DNA of 64,000 nucleotides from Podarcis erhardii (taxonomy: Eukaryota): the NCBI GenBank assembly GCA_964252035.1, contig OZ176203.1; one strand, given 5' to 3'. This document shows positions 39,501-51,500 of this stretch, piece after piece (position 1 is the stretch's first letter; every line of letters begins with the position of its first letter). The translations under genes and the position numbers were made by a program. The notes below the pieces were generated by a model, which saw nothing but the letters and a program-made list of their open reading frames with translations, had not been told where the DNA came from and did not search any database.

Positions 39501-42500
39501 AGACCCTGGCATGTGCATACAAATGTAGTTTTTCATGGGTACACTGGGTGAGGGGATTAGCCCACCTGCTCAGCATGGCAGTCTGTTCTCCACATCGTAC
39601 ACTGGACAATTGTATTTGCATAGGGGTGTACATGTCTGCAGTCCAATGTGTGTAGGACCTATAAGATACATGATGCAGTTGGATCCTTCATGTGACAAAC
39701 TCCATGTTGGGATATGACTGGTTGAAACAGGGGAATGGGTTTTTACATGATTATGCAGATTAGGCAAATACTGTGAAGCATTTGGTTGGTTACTGTTTCG
39801 GAAAGAATGCAGAACTAACAGACTAACTCAGTATGGTAGTTCTGTTGCAGGTGCCCTGTAAGATTTTGGATGTGTTGGGGCGGTGATGCATACATGTGAC
39901 TTATAACATTGTTTGAAATGAATCTGTCAGGTTTAAGACGGTTTCTTTCATCTGGTATCCCACTCTTACCAGTTGCTCACATTTATTTTCTGGAAATATA
40001 GATGTTATTCGCTGGAAAGACAGAAACTTAGCAGCTCTTGAGGCGTTATGATTGTCAAAATAAATTTGTAAGGTGTTGCAAGACTCTTTGTGTGACTTGG
40101 GAGTTAAAAATGTAGCCAGTGTTTTCACATTTCTCTTGTCATGAAGTACAGTGTCAGAACTTTATATTTCTGCAGTTGAAGTCCCTGGGTTACCTATGTG
40201 GTCTTGTGTCAGAAAATGGGCCCAACTCAGAAGATCTTAATCGAACAGTTGATCTTCTAGCGGGACTTGGAGCTGAACGCCCTGAAACAGGTATTTACAG
40301 AAAATGTTTTATGAAACTATGTGAAGGCCCAATAAGTTCTCTTGATGTCAGTCATGCTTTTGATGGACAACTATTGTTTGCTTCAGTATTTGCCAAAGTT
40401 ATCCATCTTCAGAGACAGTTGGCTACTGAAATGTTCATACTGAAAAGGGATTAATATTCTCCACAATGCATGTAGCTGGACCATTTTTGAATACCACAGA
40501 AATTCTTTTATGCTATACTTACTGGAGTGGTGGACAGGAAGTTTGTAACTCTGTAGTCAAATAGCATAATGATGCTGGTAATTAGAGTTTCTCGTTATGT
40601 GTTTGATGTACTATCCCTTCAGATAACTGTGTGTAGCCGCTGCTTGTTTTTTAAATGACACTTTTAGTCTTGCTGTACAGTGAAAATTTAAAAGATCACC
40701 ATTTTCTTTGAAAATAAAGAGTAGAACTGTGTTCCTGTTAACATAAATAATAATACAATTGTAGAGTTGGAAGGGACCCCGAGGATCATCTAGTCCAACC
40801 CCCTGCAATGCAGAAATAGACAGCTATCCCATATAGGGATCAAACCTGCAATCTTGGTGTTATCAGCACCATGATCTAACCAACAGAACTAATTTTTTTG
40901 CACTTACAGAATATTTGATATATCAGCTAGATGTGCTAAAATAAGAGCAAATCAAAGCCCACATTTGAGTCTGAATCATAGATAGAAAACCCCAGACTTG
41001 CCTAATGTTAATATCTTGGTTCTTTTAAATATAGCACAGGATAAAGTGCAGTGTGGTGTCTTCCTGCATTAATTTTAGTTGCCTTTTGAAAATGGAAGTC
41101 TTACATCTGTCCTATTTTATTTTTGAAGCCAATACAGCACAATCTCCTTATAAGAAACTGAAAGAGGCCTTATCATCTGTAGAAGCTTTTGAAAATCACT
41201 ACTTAGTAAGTATGCTATATATATTCTGCATGTAGACTTTAAATAAGAGAACAAAATATTATAGAGTGTATAATATATTGAGTGTAGTCTTCAGTCAATA
41301 TTTGCAGCAGAATACTATACTAGTTTAAGAAATAGTATAGGCTCACCATCAGTGTCGGGAGGGATCTTCAAAGTTTTGATTCAAAATGGCAGCCAGCACC
41401 CAAAAGTTGGCAAAAACTACTATCCCACCTTGGGAACCCGTGTGGCGAGTTTAATAGTGATATCTCAATAGGTGTCCAAACCTATAGAGAACAAACGGAT
41501 AGACTTTCAAAAATACATAGCTGATGAAGATAACGAGCATAACATATTTGAATATATGGAGGCTGGTTAAATGTTTGTTTATATAGCTTTTTACATAGTC
41601 TCTTGCCCTGCATATTTTGATGCTGAGTGATTATAAAGTCAGTATCTAAATACAATGGTGGAATTCTTGTATGTGTAATTAGCTTTTTAAAATATTTCCT
41701 CTAAACTTTCAATAAGTAATCAACAACTTACAACAGTGCAAAAACAAAAACAAAAAACCCAAAGGAACTTTGGAAAAGATCTTTGTGCTCAATCCATTGG
41801 ATATATGCTTCTGAATATATTAAACATAAAGTTTTGGAAGAAAGAACTGTTGTAAGATAGCTTGTCCTAAAGCCCCTTGTCTTTTCTTTTATCTTATGTA
41901 GGATCTTTCCCATGCCACCATTGAAATGTACAAAAACATTGGAAGATCTCGCTCAGCAAAGCTTGTTGGAAAGGATCTGGCAGAATTTTATATGTAAGGA
42001 AAACTTTAAATGGCTGCCTTTTAAGGAACAAAACTTTTAATCTGAAAGGGAGAGGGACTGTGGCAGTGCATCCTTGTTGATTCTCCTTGATATCTCGGCT
42101 TTTCATACCGTTAACCATGGTGTCCTCCTGGATTGTCTCTGATACGTTGTTAGTTATTCCACTCCTATGTACAGGTCCCACTTGGCATGCCTGCTGTGGG
42201 GTCCTGTAGGGTTCCATTTCGCCCTCATGCTCTTCAGTATCTATATGAAGCTGCTGGGTGAGGACATCAGGGAAGCAAGGTGTCAGCAGTGTAGGCTGTT
42301 GACAAATCCAGCAGTACTTCTTGCTGGAATAAGGTGAGACTGGAAGGTGTCTGGAGGCTGTAGGGGGAAGGGTGGGCAATAAACAGCAGCAGCAGCAGGC
42401 TGGATGAGGGCCACTATAATAAGACTGCATCTAGAAGACAGAAGCTGTGTGGGCAGGCAGATATTTGGCCTGGGAACTAGATAGGTTCCCTGATTTGGAT

Positions 42501-45500
42501 AGGGTTGCATTCCCTTTGAAGTAGCAGGTATATAGTTGGAAGTGTTCTTTGATTCAACACTGTCACAGAAACAGAGATGGATTCTGCGTTTTGAAGTACT
42601 CTTTCCCACTCCATCTATTTTGTCAGCTACATCTGTTTCCACATAGAGGTAACTCAACTGCAGTGACTCATGCTCAGCTAACCTACTATCTGAACTACTG
42701 TAATACAGTTTACATGGGGCTGCCTATGCAAATGATCCAGAAACTCCAATTAGTGCCAGAAGGCAGCTGCCAGAGTATTGTCTGGGGGAGCCATGGGGAA
42801 TCGCATTAAAACCAACCCAAGAAGATCTTCAGTGTCTGGCTATATTTTTCCAGGCTGAATTTAAAGTCATAAATGACTTGGGATCCAAGTTTGTGAAGGA
42901 TTGCTTATGCTGTTACCAGCTTGCCCAGGCTCTTTGATCTGAAGGGGAGGCCCATCTCAGAGTCTCACTATTAGGAGAGATGCATTATGTGGTGATAAGT
43001 GATTCGGCCTCATCATTGGTGGTTCCCAGATGGTGGAATGCCTTCTCCCTCAAAGTGTGATTGGCACTGACCTTGTTAACATTTTTGTGCCAAGTGAAAA
43101 CATTTCCTGTTTGCCTGAGCCTTTCAGTGATTTTAGTCATTCTCTACAATGAGAACCATCTCTGGGGTTTGATGTTGATTTTATGGACTTTTATCTGCTT
43201 GCTTTATTGACTGTGGTTTTAATGGAGATATAAATCACTCTGAGATCTTCGGATAAAGAGCAGGCTGAAAACATATTTAATAAAATAAATAATAAATAAT
43301 GCACTTAGAAATTAAGAGATGTTTTAGGCACATGTTCTGAAAAATAATTGGAAACAAAAAATAAATAAATGGCTAGGTTAACCAGTTAGCTTCTCTATGC
43401 TGCAACAGCAAAAATATGTGCTCAAAATTGTATTAGCTATCCTAATAATTAGATCCCTAATCACCATTCCTTTATGTGTGTGTACAGTGATATGGAATCT
43501 AAGACAAGGAAGGGGTAAATGCTCTGTAGTTTTATCAAGATATGCACACAGCTTAATATTATCAAGAACTCTAGGACCTGAAAAGCTTTCAAGGTATTCT
43601 AACAATCCATTCCATGTACAATGAATGTTAAGCATATTGAATAGGGTATTAGTTATTTTATTACTATATATTTGTCATTATTACAGCATAAAATTTACAT
43701 GCTGCTAGATTGTAATAAAAATCAATGCTGTTTGCAAAAAGATAAAACAATAAAATCGAGAAAAAAATCACAGCCATACTTTAAAACATATAAAAGTTTA
43801 AATACTAAAATTGATTAAAATCACCTTGGCTTTCTAAGCATCTGAGTAGGCTTGTCTAAGCAAGAATGTTTTCAGCAGGTGCTGAAAAGAGTACAGTGAA
43901 GGCACCTGCTCTATAGTTACCTAATCATGTTTGTAGTGGTGGAAAGGTTTCCATTTTTAAAAAATTGTAAACTGCTTTCCCACTCCCTGTCTGTGACTCT
44001 TTTCCCAAGGAAAAAGAAGAGTCCTCAAAAGGCTGAAGTCTACCTTCAAGGAGCATTGAAAACCTACCTTGCAGAGGGATGGGCACTGCTTATTACGCAT
44101 ACACGGAAGCAGCTAGCAGAATGCCAGAAACACCTCGGACAAGTGGAAAAGTATCCTTCAAAACAAAGGGTATGTCTTAGGTACATATGTGCTTCGTTGG
44201 GGAGGGTGGGTTGTATAGCAGAGGGTGCACAGTATTGTCACCCAAGGATTGCACCAATAACCCTGGAAACTCTTCAAGATCAATCTTGCATTTTTCTTCA
44301 GAGGTTAGCTGTTGGAGCTGCCGGGCTTTGCACATAACCGCCATAAAGGCCCTGGCATCGCTTTTATTTATTATGTATTTCTTAATACTTATATACTACT
44401 TGGTAGCAGACTACCTTGGAAGTGGTCCACTGACTCAGCTGGTCTTCTCTCCCTCCACTCCCTAAATCTGCTCTGGAGAGTTAGGTGAACTTCCATAAGG
44501 TTTAGAGGGGAGGAAGTCCTACTGCGTGAGCAGATTTTGTTCTGCTTGCACACAACCCACTTAGCGCTATGTCAAATTACACCGCTAATGTCACATATCA
44601 GCAGTCACGAAATTAAAAGACGCCTGCTCCGTGGGAGAAAGGCGATGGCAAACCTAGACAACATCTTAAAAAGCAGAGACATCACCTTGCCAACAAAGGT
44701 CCATATAGTAAAAGCCATGGTTTTCCCAGTAGTGATGTATGGAAGTGAGAGCTGGACCATCAAGAAGGCTGATTGCCGAAGAATTGATGCTTTTGAATTA
44801 TGGTGCTGGAGGAGACTCTTGAGAGTCCCATGGACTGCAAGAAGATCAAACGTATCCATTCTTAAGGAAATCAGCCCTGAGTGCTCACTGGAAGGACAGA
44901 TCGTGAAGCTGAGGCTCCAATACTTTGGCTACCTCATGAGAAGAGAAGACTCCCTGGAAAAGACCCTGATGTTGGGAAAGATGGAGGGCACAAGGAGAAG
45001 GGGACGACAGAGGACAAGATGGTTGGACACTGTTCTTGAAGCTACAAACATGAGTCTGACCAAACTGCGGGAGGCAGTGGAAAACAGAAGTGCCTGGCGT
45101 GCTCTGGTCCATGGGGTCACGAAGAGTCGGACACGACTAAACGACTAAACAACAACAACAACAACAATGTCACATATATGCTAATAGGATCTGAACTGGC
45201 AATGACTCTCCAGGGAAGAGAACTTGGGATCGTGGTTGGTAGCTTGGTGAAAGTGTTGACCCAGTGTGTACCAGCGGCTAAAAAGACAAATTCCATGTTA
45301 GGAATAATTCTGGTTGCTTCGCCTCAAGTCAAGAAGGATATTGTAGAGTTCAGGAAAGGGCAGCCAAACTGGTCAGGGCTGAAACAATTCCCCTATGAAA
45401 TGTCTGACTCTTCAGTTTCCTCACAGTTTGAGGAATCCTTATGAGCGTCCCAGTTTTAAATAAACACTCCTGAGTTCCAGTTGGCAGAGGGGATGTGATG

Positions 45501-48500
45501 TCATCATTGATATAATTACTACTATTAAATAATTACTAAGCAGCTTTGTTTTTGAATGTAGAATTAGGTGCGGAGATTATCTGATTTTTTTAAAAAATAA
45601 CTTTAACACGAATGAAGTATTTGTCGTTGCACCAAGGTGGCATATTATTTGTGTGTGTGTATGTATACTCCTTTCTCCACACTTCCTTAACTTCGTGCCA
45701 GCTATCTTCAAACAAGCAGTCTTTTAGCTGCTGATAATCACTTAACGGAAGAAGAGCGCAAACACTATTGCCAAGAAATACTAAATTTTGCCAAACAGCC
45801 CTCAGAAGGTGAAGGTAAGACTTTCAAGAGAGACTTATTGTGAAACTTCAACTAGGCTATTTTTCTTAAGAAGTTAGGGCAGAGTGGGGAACCTTAGGCC
45901 TCTTTATCTGGCTGTCAGGACTCTGCCCAGATCACCAGATCACCAGACCTAACCTAACCAGATCCTCCTTGAGGTTTTGTTTTTCCCTGGCTGGAATATG
46001 TATTCGAACTCTGATAGTGCCCCTTGCTTTGCCTTGCCGGAGGCTAGCATGGTGAGTGAAAGTATAAAACTAGCCTATTGTACAAATCATATTCGTTGCT
46101 CTGTGCTCTTTTGCCTCTGTCTTTACCCACCATGGGCACTACCCAGAGTATTGCCCTGAAGGGAATGTGGCCCTCAGTCTGAGAAAGATTCACCACTCCT
46201 GAGCCAGTGGCTTTTGGTTTTGAATGGCTTTTAAAGCAAGATTAGTTTCATCATCTTGTAAGATTTCAACTTGCTCCTTTTTGAAGGAATAACTTTCTAT
46301 AGGTGGTTCCATTTTTTAGTTCCTTCATTTTATTACATGCCGCCCTCTTCTGCCTACTATTTTGTTCAATTAACAGCTTCAGAAATTTACTAAAAGGATG
46401 CTGTGACTTTAGGTATTGTGTGATTATACAGAGCTCATAACATTTGCAGAATTAGGTTGCAGAGTTTAGTTTCCTGAAAATCTCAGCTTTCATTTTTATT
46501 GCTCAAGTTTCTAGCCCATATGGTAGGGAAGATGTATTTGAAAGTGTGTTAAAAATGAAGCTGAGAGAGTGGCTGAATTAGATTTCTAGTAGTTCGGAGA
46601 TGGGGTTTACATAGTACTATACATGGTTATTTGTCTCTCCCCAGGATTAGGCCAATTAGAATAAATTATGCAAAGCATATAGATAGCATAATTATGCAGA
46701 ATATATTGTCCAAATGTGTTAAGTTGAGGAATTTGGTCTTTTTGACACGATTAAGCAAAAGTGATGGGCTGTATCCAGCATTAGTGATGGTCAGAAACCC
46801 ATTGAAATTCATGGACATGGCCAACTTAGGTCTATTAACTTCAGTGTATTTATTCCGAGTATAACTTAGTGTGTTACAACACACTATATATACTACAGCT
46901 GGAATTCAAAGAGCCCAAAGACTTGTATTATCCCTGCATTGCAGGGTGTTAGACTAGGTGACTCTTGGGATTCCCTTCCAAGTCTGCAATGGTATTATTC
47001 CATGATTGCAGAACCTCCAGAAATGTTTCCACTCTGAGTCTGGAGACACATTGAGGCTTATGAATCTGTGCCCCTAAAGTTGTGCTGAGATTCACAAACC
47101 AAGAGTTTATGCTCTTCCTTAGAATTACTAGGTATTAGCTGGATGGTAACTTTGCTTTGATTACACTCATATGGTCAATAGAGTTTCACATGTATCTTAT
47201 TTTATGTTTGTTTGCAGATCAGAAAGTTATACTGTCCATGCATTCCTTTGCACAGCTGAAGAATCTGCATTTTGACCCTCCTAATGCGGTGGTCCATGTG
47301 GGTGGAACACTGTCTATTGAACTGACATTGGCAAATCAGATGCCCATCGCGGTGAAAGTGGATCAGATTGCTATTAATATCCATTTCAGCATTGAGAAAA
47401 ATAGCTACCGGAAGACAGCTGAGTGGCTCACAAAACACAAGACTTCCAATGGTATTATCAGCTTTCCAAATGAGGTTGTAGGTCTCTCTCTATCAAGAAG
47501 TAGCTTGCCGATGTTGGAGTTGTATGAGATGTATGAAAGGAGCCCCTCGGATAATTCCTTGAACACAACAGGCATCATCTGCAAAAATGTGCACATGCTG
47601 TTGCGAAGGCAGGAGAGCAGCTCTTCTCTGGAAATACCCACGGGGCTAACTCTGGAGGATGGTGCCCACGTTTTAAAATGTAGCAACTTAATACTGGAAC
47701 CAGGGGTCAATAACATAACTTTCAGAACCCAGGTATGTTCTTACGGAAGGCAAGCGGTAACCTGGTATTGCTCCCTTGCCTGAAATTTGCAACTCTGCTA
47801 CTTCTTGCTTTTAGCCCCTCTCAAGCCTGGCTGGCCTTGACTTACTTAGAAGAAAGGCTTTTAGCTGTGCCAGGATGTCTGGCTGGTTCTGTGACATATA
47901 TCTGTAGAAAATCAGGATTACTCTTAGCCAAATATCTTTTAACACATTATTTTTAGTTCTTGTCCCTTCTCTAAAGTTTAAAAACTTTGAGCTGCTTAGC
48001 TGGAATTAACATTCAATCTACCGTGCTCATTGTCAAAACAGTGTGCAGAAAATTGTTTTAGTCACGCTTGCTGAGAATTAATTTGCAAGATGTTTAAAGT
48101 GATAAGTGGTCTCTTGATCATACAATAGTTTGTACCTTTAAAACTTTTAATAGCACAAAAAAACCTGCACTTCAGCTTTGTCCGGTTTGCCAGCTACGGT
48201 CAATACAGTGGTACCTCGGGTTAAGAACTTAATTCGTTCTGGAGATCTGTTCTTAACCTGAAACTGTTCTTAACCTGAAGCACCACTTTAGCTAATGGGG
48301 CCTCCTGCTGCTGCCCCGCCACCACGCGATTTCTGTTCTCATCCTGAAGCAAAGTTCTTAACCTGAGGTAATATTTCTGGGTTAGTGGAGTCTGTAACCT
48401 GAAGCGTATGTAATCTGAAGCGTATGTAACCCGAGGTACCACTGTACTGTACAGAGATAGCCTGACCACTGTAGTCCATGCATTGCTGACCTCAAGGCTG

Positions 48501-51500
48501 GATAACTGTAATGCACACCATGTGGTGACTGGCCTTGGGTCTGGTTCAGAAATTCCAGTTGGTGCAGAATGCAGTAGCCCAACTTCTGATGGGAGCTTCT
48601 GGTCGAGAACATGTTACATGGTTGTTAAAACCATTGCACTGGTTGCCCATCTGCTACTGAGCCTGGTTCAAAGTTGGCATCATAATTTACAAAGCCCTGA
48701 ACAAGTTAGGTCCAGGGATGACCTGAACCTTTATATCCCAGCTCCATCACTGAGATCATCTGTAGGAATGTTGGCCATTCCTCAAGTTGGTGAGGCTTAT
48801 TAGACTGCAACAAGAATTCAAGTCTTTAGTGTCATGAGCTCAGTCCTGTGGAATATTCTGCCGATAGAGATTCAGCAGGCACCTTCTGTTTTTTTTTTTA
48901 AAAATAATTTTTATTCATTTTTCAAACACATAATAAAAACAAACAAAACACAAGACAAAAACATACAAAACATTTAAACATGTATAATTTCATAATCTTA
49001 TTTTCATACACCTTCTTTCCTCCGACTTCCCCATACCTCCCTTTCGCTGCATCCTTATTTTGAAATTATTTAGCAACCCTTTAGTCAGTTTGTCTATTAG
49101 TTCCCTTTCATTACGTTTCCATAAGCTTGTTAGTTACAGCTGTAATTCTCTACTTCTTACCCCTTGACATCTTAACATTCCTCAATTTTACAACAATTTT
49201 TAAGATATATTTTGAATTTCTTCCAATCCTCTTCCACTGTCTCTTTCCCCTGGTCGCGGATTCTGCCGGTCATCTCTGCCAGTCCCATAAAGTCCATGAC
49301 CTTTGTTTGCCATTCTTCCAGAGTAGGTAGTTCTTGCATCTTCCAATACTTTGCCAGAAGAATTCTTGCTGCTGTGGTAGCGTACATAAAAAAGGTCCTA
49401 TCTTTCTTTGGCACCAATTGGCCAACCATGCCCAGGAGAAAAGCCTCAGGTTTCAGCAGGCACCTTCTGTGCCATCTTGAAAGACCTGCTGAAAATTGTT
49501 GTGTCCCACCAGGACTATGCAGGCGGTTATGAATACATCCTTCCACAATGGTTAATTGATGTCTGTTTTTAACTGTTTTGTGTGGTTTTTATTACACAGT
49601 TTTGTTTCAGTGCTGTAAACCGCTTTGATACATATTTTTAACTGACATAGTGGCATGCAAATATTTTAATAAATTAATAATATCAGGGGCCTGTTCAAAT
49701 GTTTCATTACTGCAGTGTCTTGAATTTCATAGGTACATGCTTTTTTTAGTAGGAAAGAGTAGTGGATTGCTCACTTTTTGTCAGTCACTTGCTATATATT
49801 AGCCAATTTGTCTAAAATAGGACTAGGCTATGTATGGCCTACATGTGCTTTCCCCAGCCAGTGTAGTAGAGTATACTTGGTTGCCCTGAAGCCACTGCCA
49901 TTCATGCTCAAAGCAGAGTAGGCAACAATGGCAAAGCAACTGGAGTTGGATTAAAAGTGGGTAGATGCCTCCCATAATAGACTAGACTGGTTTGAAATGC
50001 TTAAGCATTGTGCTTCTTTAGCTTTATTGTGAGTTCATGCAACTTTATTTTGAAAGAGTGCAATTAGCTGAAATCTCTGCTCCGCTATCCTCAAGCAATG
50101 GCCATGATGTATCAGAAACCTTTCTTCAAGCGTTGTGGAGCGCAAAGTGCAGGTCTTTGTTGTTCCCTTCTTCTGTTTCAGAACTTCTCTGCAAGCGAGA
50201 TTGACTAAAAGTACTGCGCATATCAGAGGCCAGTGCTAGCAAGCCAAAGTTTTTGGCCAAGGGACAAAATGTATATAGCCTTTGGCAGTAGTAGGTCAAG
50301 TGGTACACCTTTCAGTAATTTGAACAACAGTACCATTCAATTACAGGCTAGCCACCTTCTGGCTGCAGACAGGAATTGCAAATAAATGAGTTCTGTATTA
50401 ATATATTACCACAAAGTTCATGAACACATTTTAAGTGGTATTTCTGCAGAGTGCTCTACAGCAACCGTAAACACAAATATTGGCTGATGTTCTGAAAATA
50501 CCACAAGCAAACATCGCTTAACAGCATAGCTGAGAAGAATTGTTGCTTTAGAAGTTATGTCACCTTTGATGTAAAAAAAAAAAAATACATATATGAATTT
50601 GTGCCACAAAGCAGACTGCTTACCTGTATCCTTAAATAAACCATGCTTCAATATTTTTGAAGTTATTAAATAATCAACCCTCTCCCGTTTTGTATAAATG
50701 GGTGCCAGTTGAAAAATAAAACTACAGTTGAATAACCTTGAAGTTACATGGTTTCTTTCTCACATACCCCAATTTAATTTTCAGCCTATTTTAAGACTGT
50801 GTGTTTATTACGCAAGAGTCCATGTGTGGTGCAGTCATGTGGTGTGTTGTTATTAAATTAATGTCTCCCCTGTAGGGAGACACCTCAACACACCTCAAGC
50901 TATTCGGACACTTGCTGTTCTATACATACAAAATCTGGATATACGAACAGCCACATGCTCATGCAACTATGCAGCCCTAAACTTTTATTATTGAAATGTA
51001 GCCTGTTTTGCATGAGTATATGTTTATAGTAAGAATATAGTAATTACCATTTATTCAGTATTTCCTAGTGAAAATAGTCTCCAGGGGACTCAAGGTACTC
51101 ACAGTATTAAAAGCCCACATTTAAATAAATAAATAAATAAAAGAATTAAGTACAGAGATAATAGTAACCAATGAGAATTTCAATACAGTTTGAAAAGCAA
51201 CACACATATGCCCAGGAAAATCCATGTGTCATAACTAACTCAAAGCAGACCTGTTTTTGGCCCAGCAGAGCATAATAGCAAAAGTAAAGTCTTTACCTGG
51301 GGTTGAAAAGATGTTAATGATATTTTTTCCTGTATACAAATTATTATTGTTGTTGTTGTTGTTGTTGTTGTTGTTATTCTGGCTTCTACATATATCTCCA
51401 GGTGATTTACAGAAATATGAAATGTTCTGTCAGATCACCTGGTAAAACTGGGATCCCTAAAGAATATTGTTTTTTATTTTCTTCTAGGGCAAGGATCCTG

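Larger units (their letters stand above)
44151..45701 (+). other. U12-type (minor spliceosome) GT-AG intron, TRAPPC10 intron 12
   Basis: Donor GTATCCTT and branch site TTCCTTAAC (45683-45691) ending 10 nt before the exon; both match the U12 consensus. Confidence 0.92.

Noticed and set aside
41894-42657. 178-aa and 124-aa minus-strand ORFs
   Set aside because: Antisense shadows of exon 11 and the decayed L2 reverse transcriptase region.
44537-45148. 203-aa ORF as a host gene or domesticated protein
   Set aside because: It is the C-terminal part of BovB ORF2, 5'-truncated, TSD-flanked and lacking the RT core.
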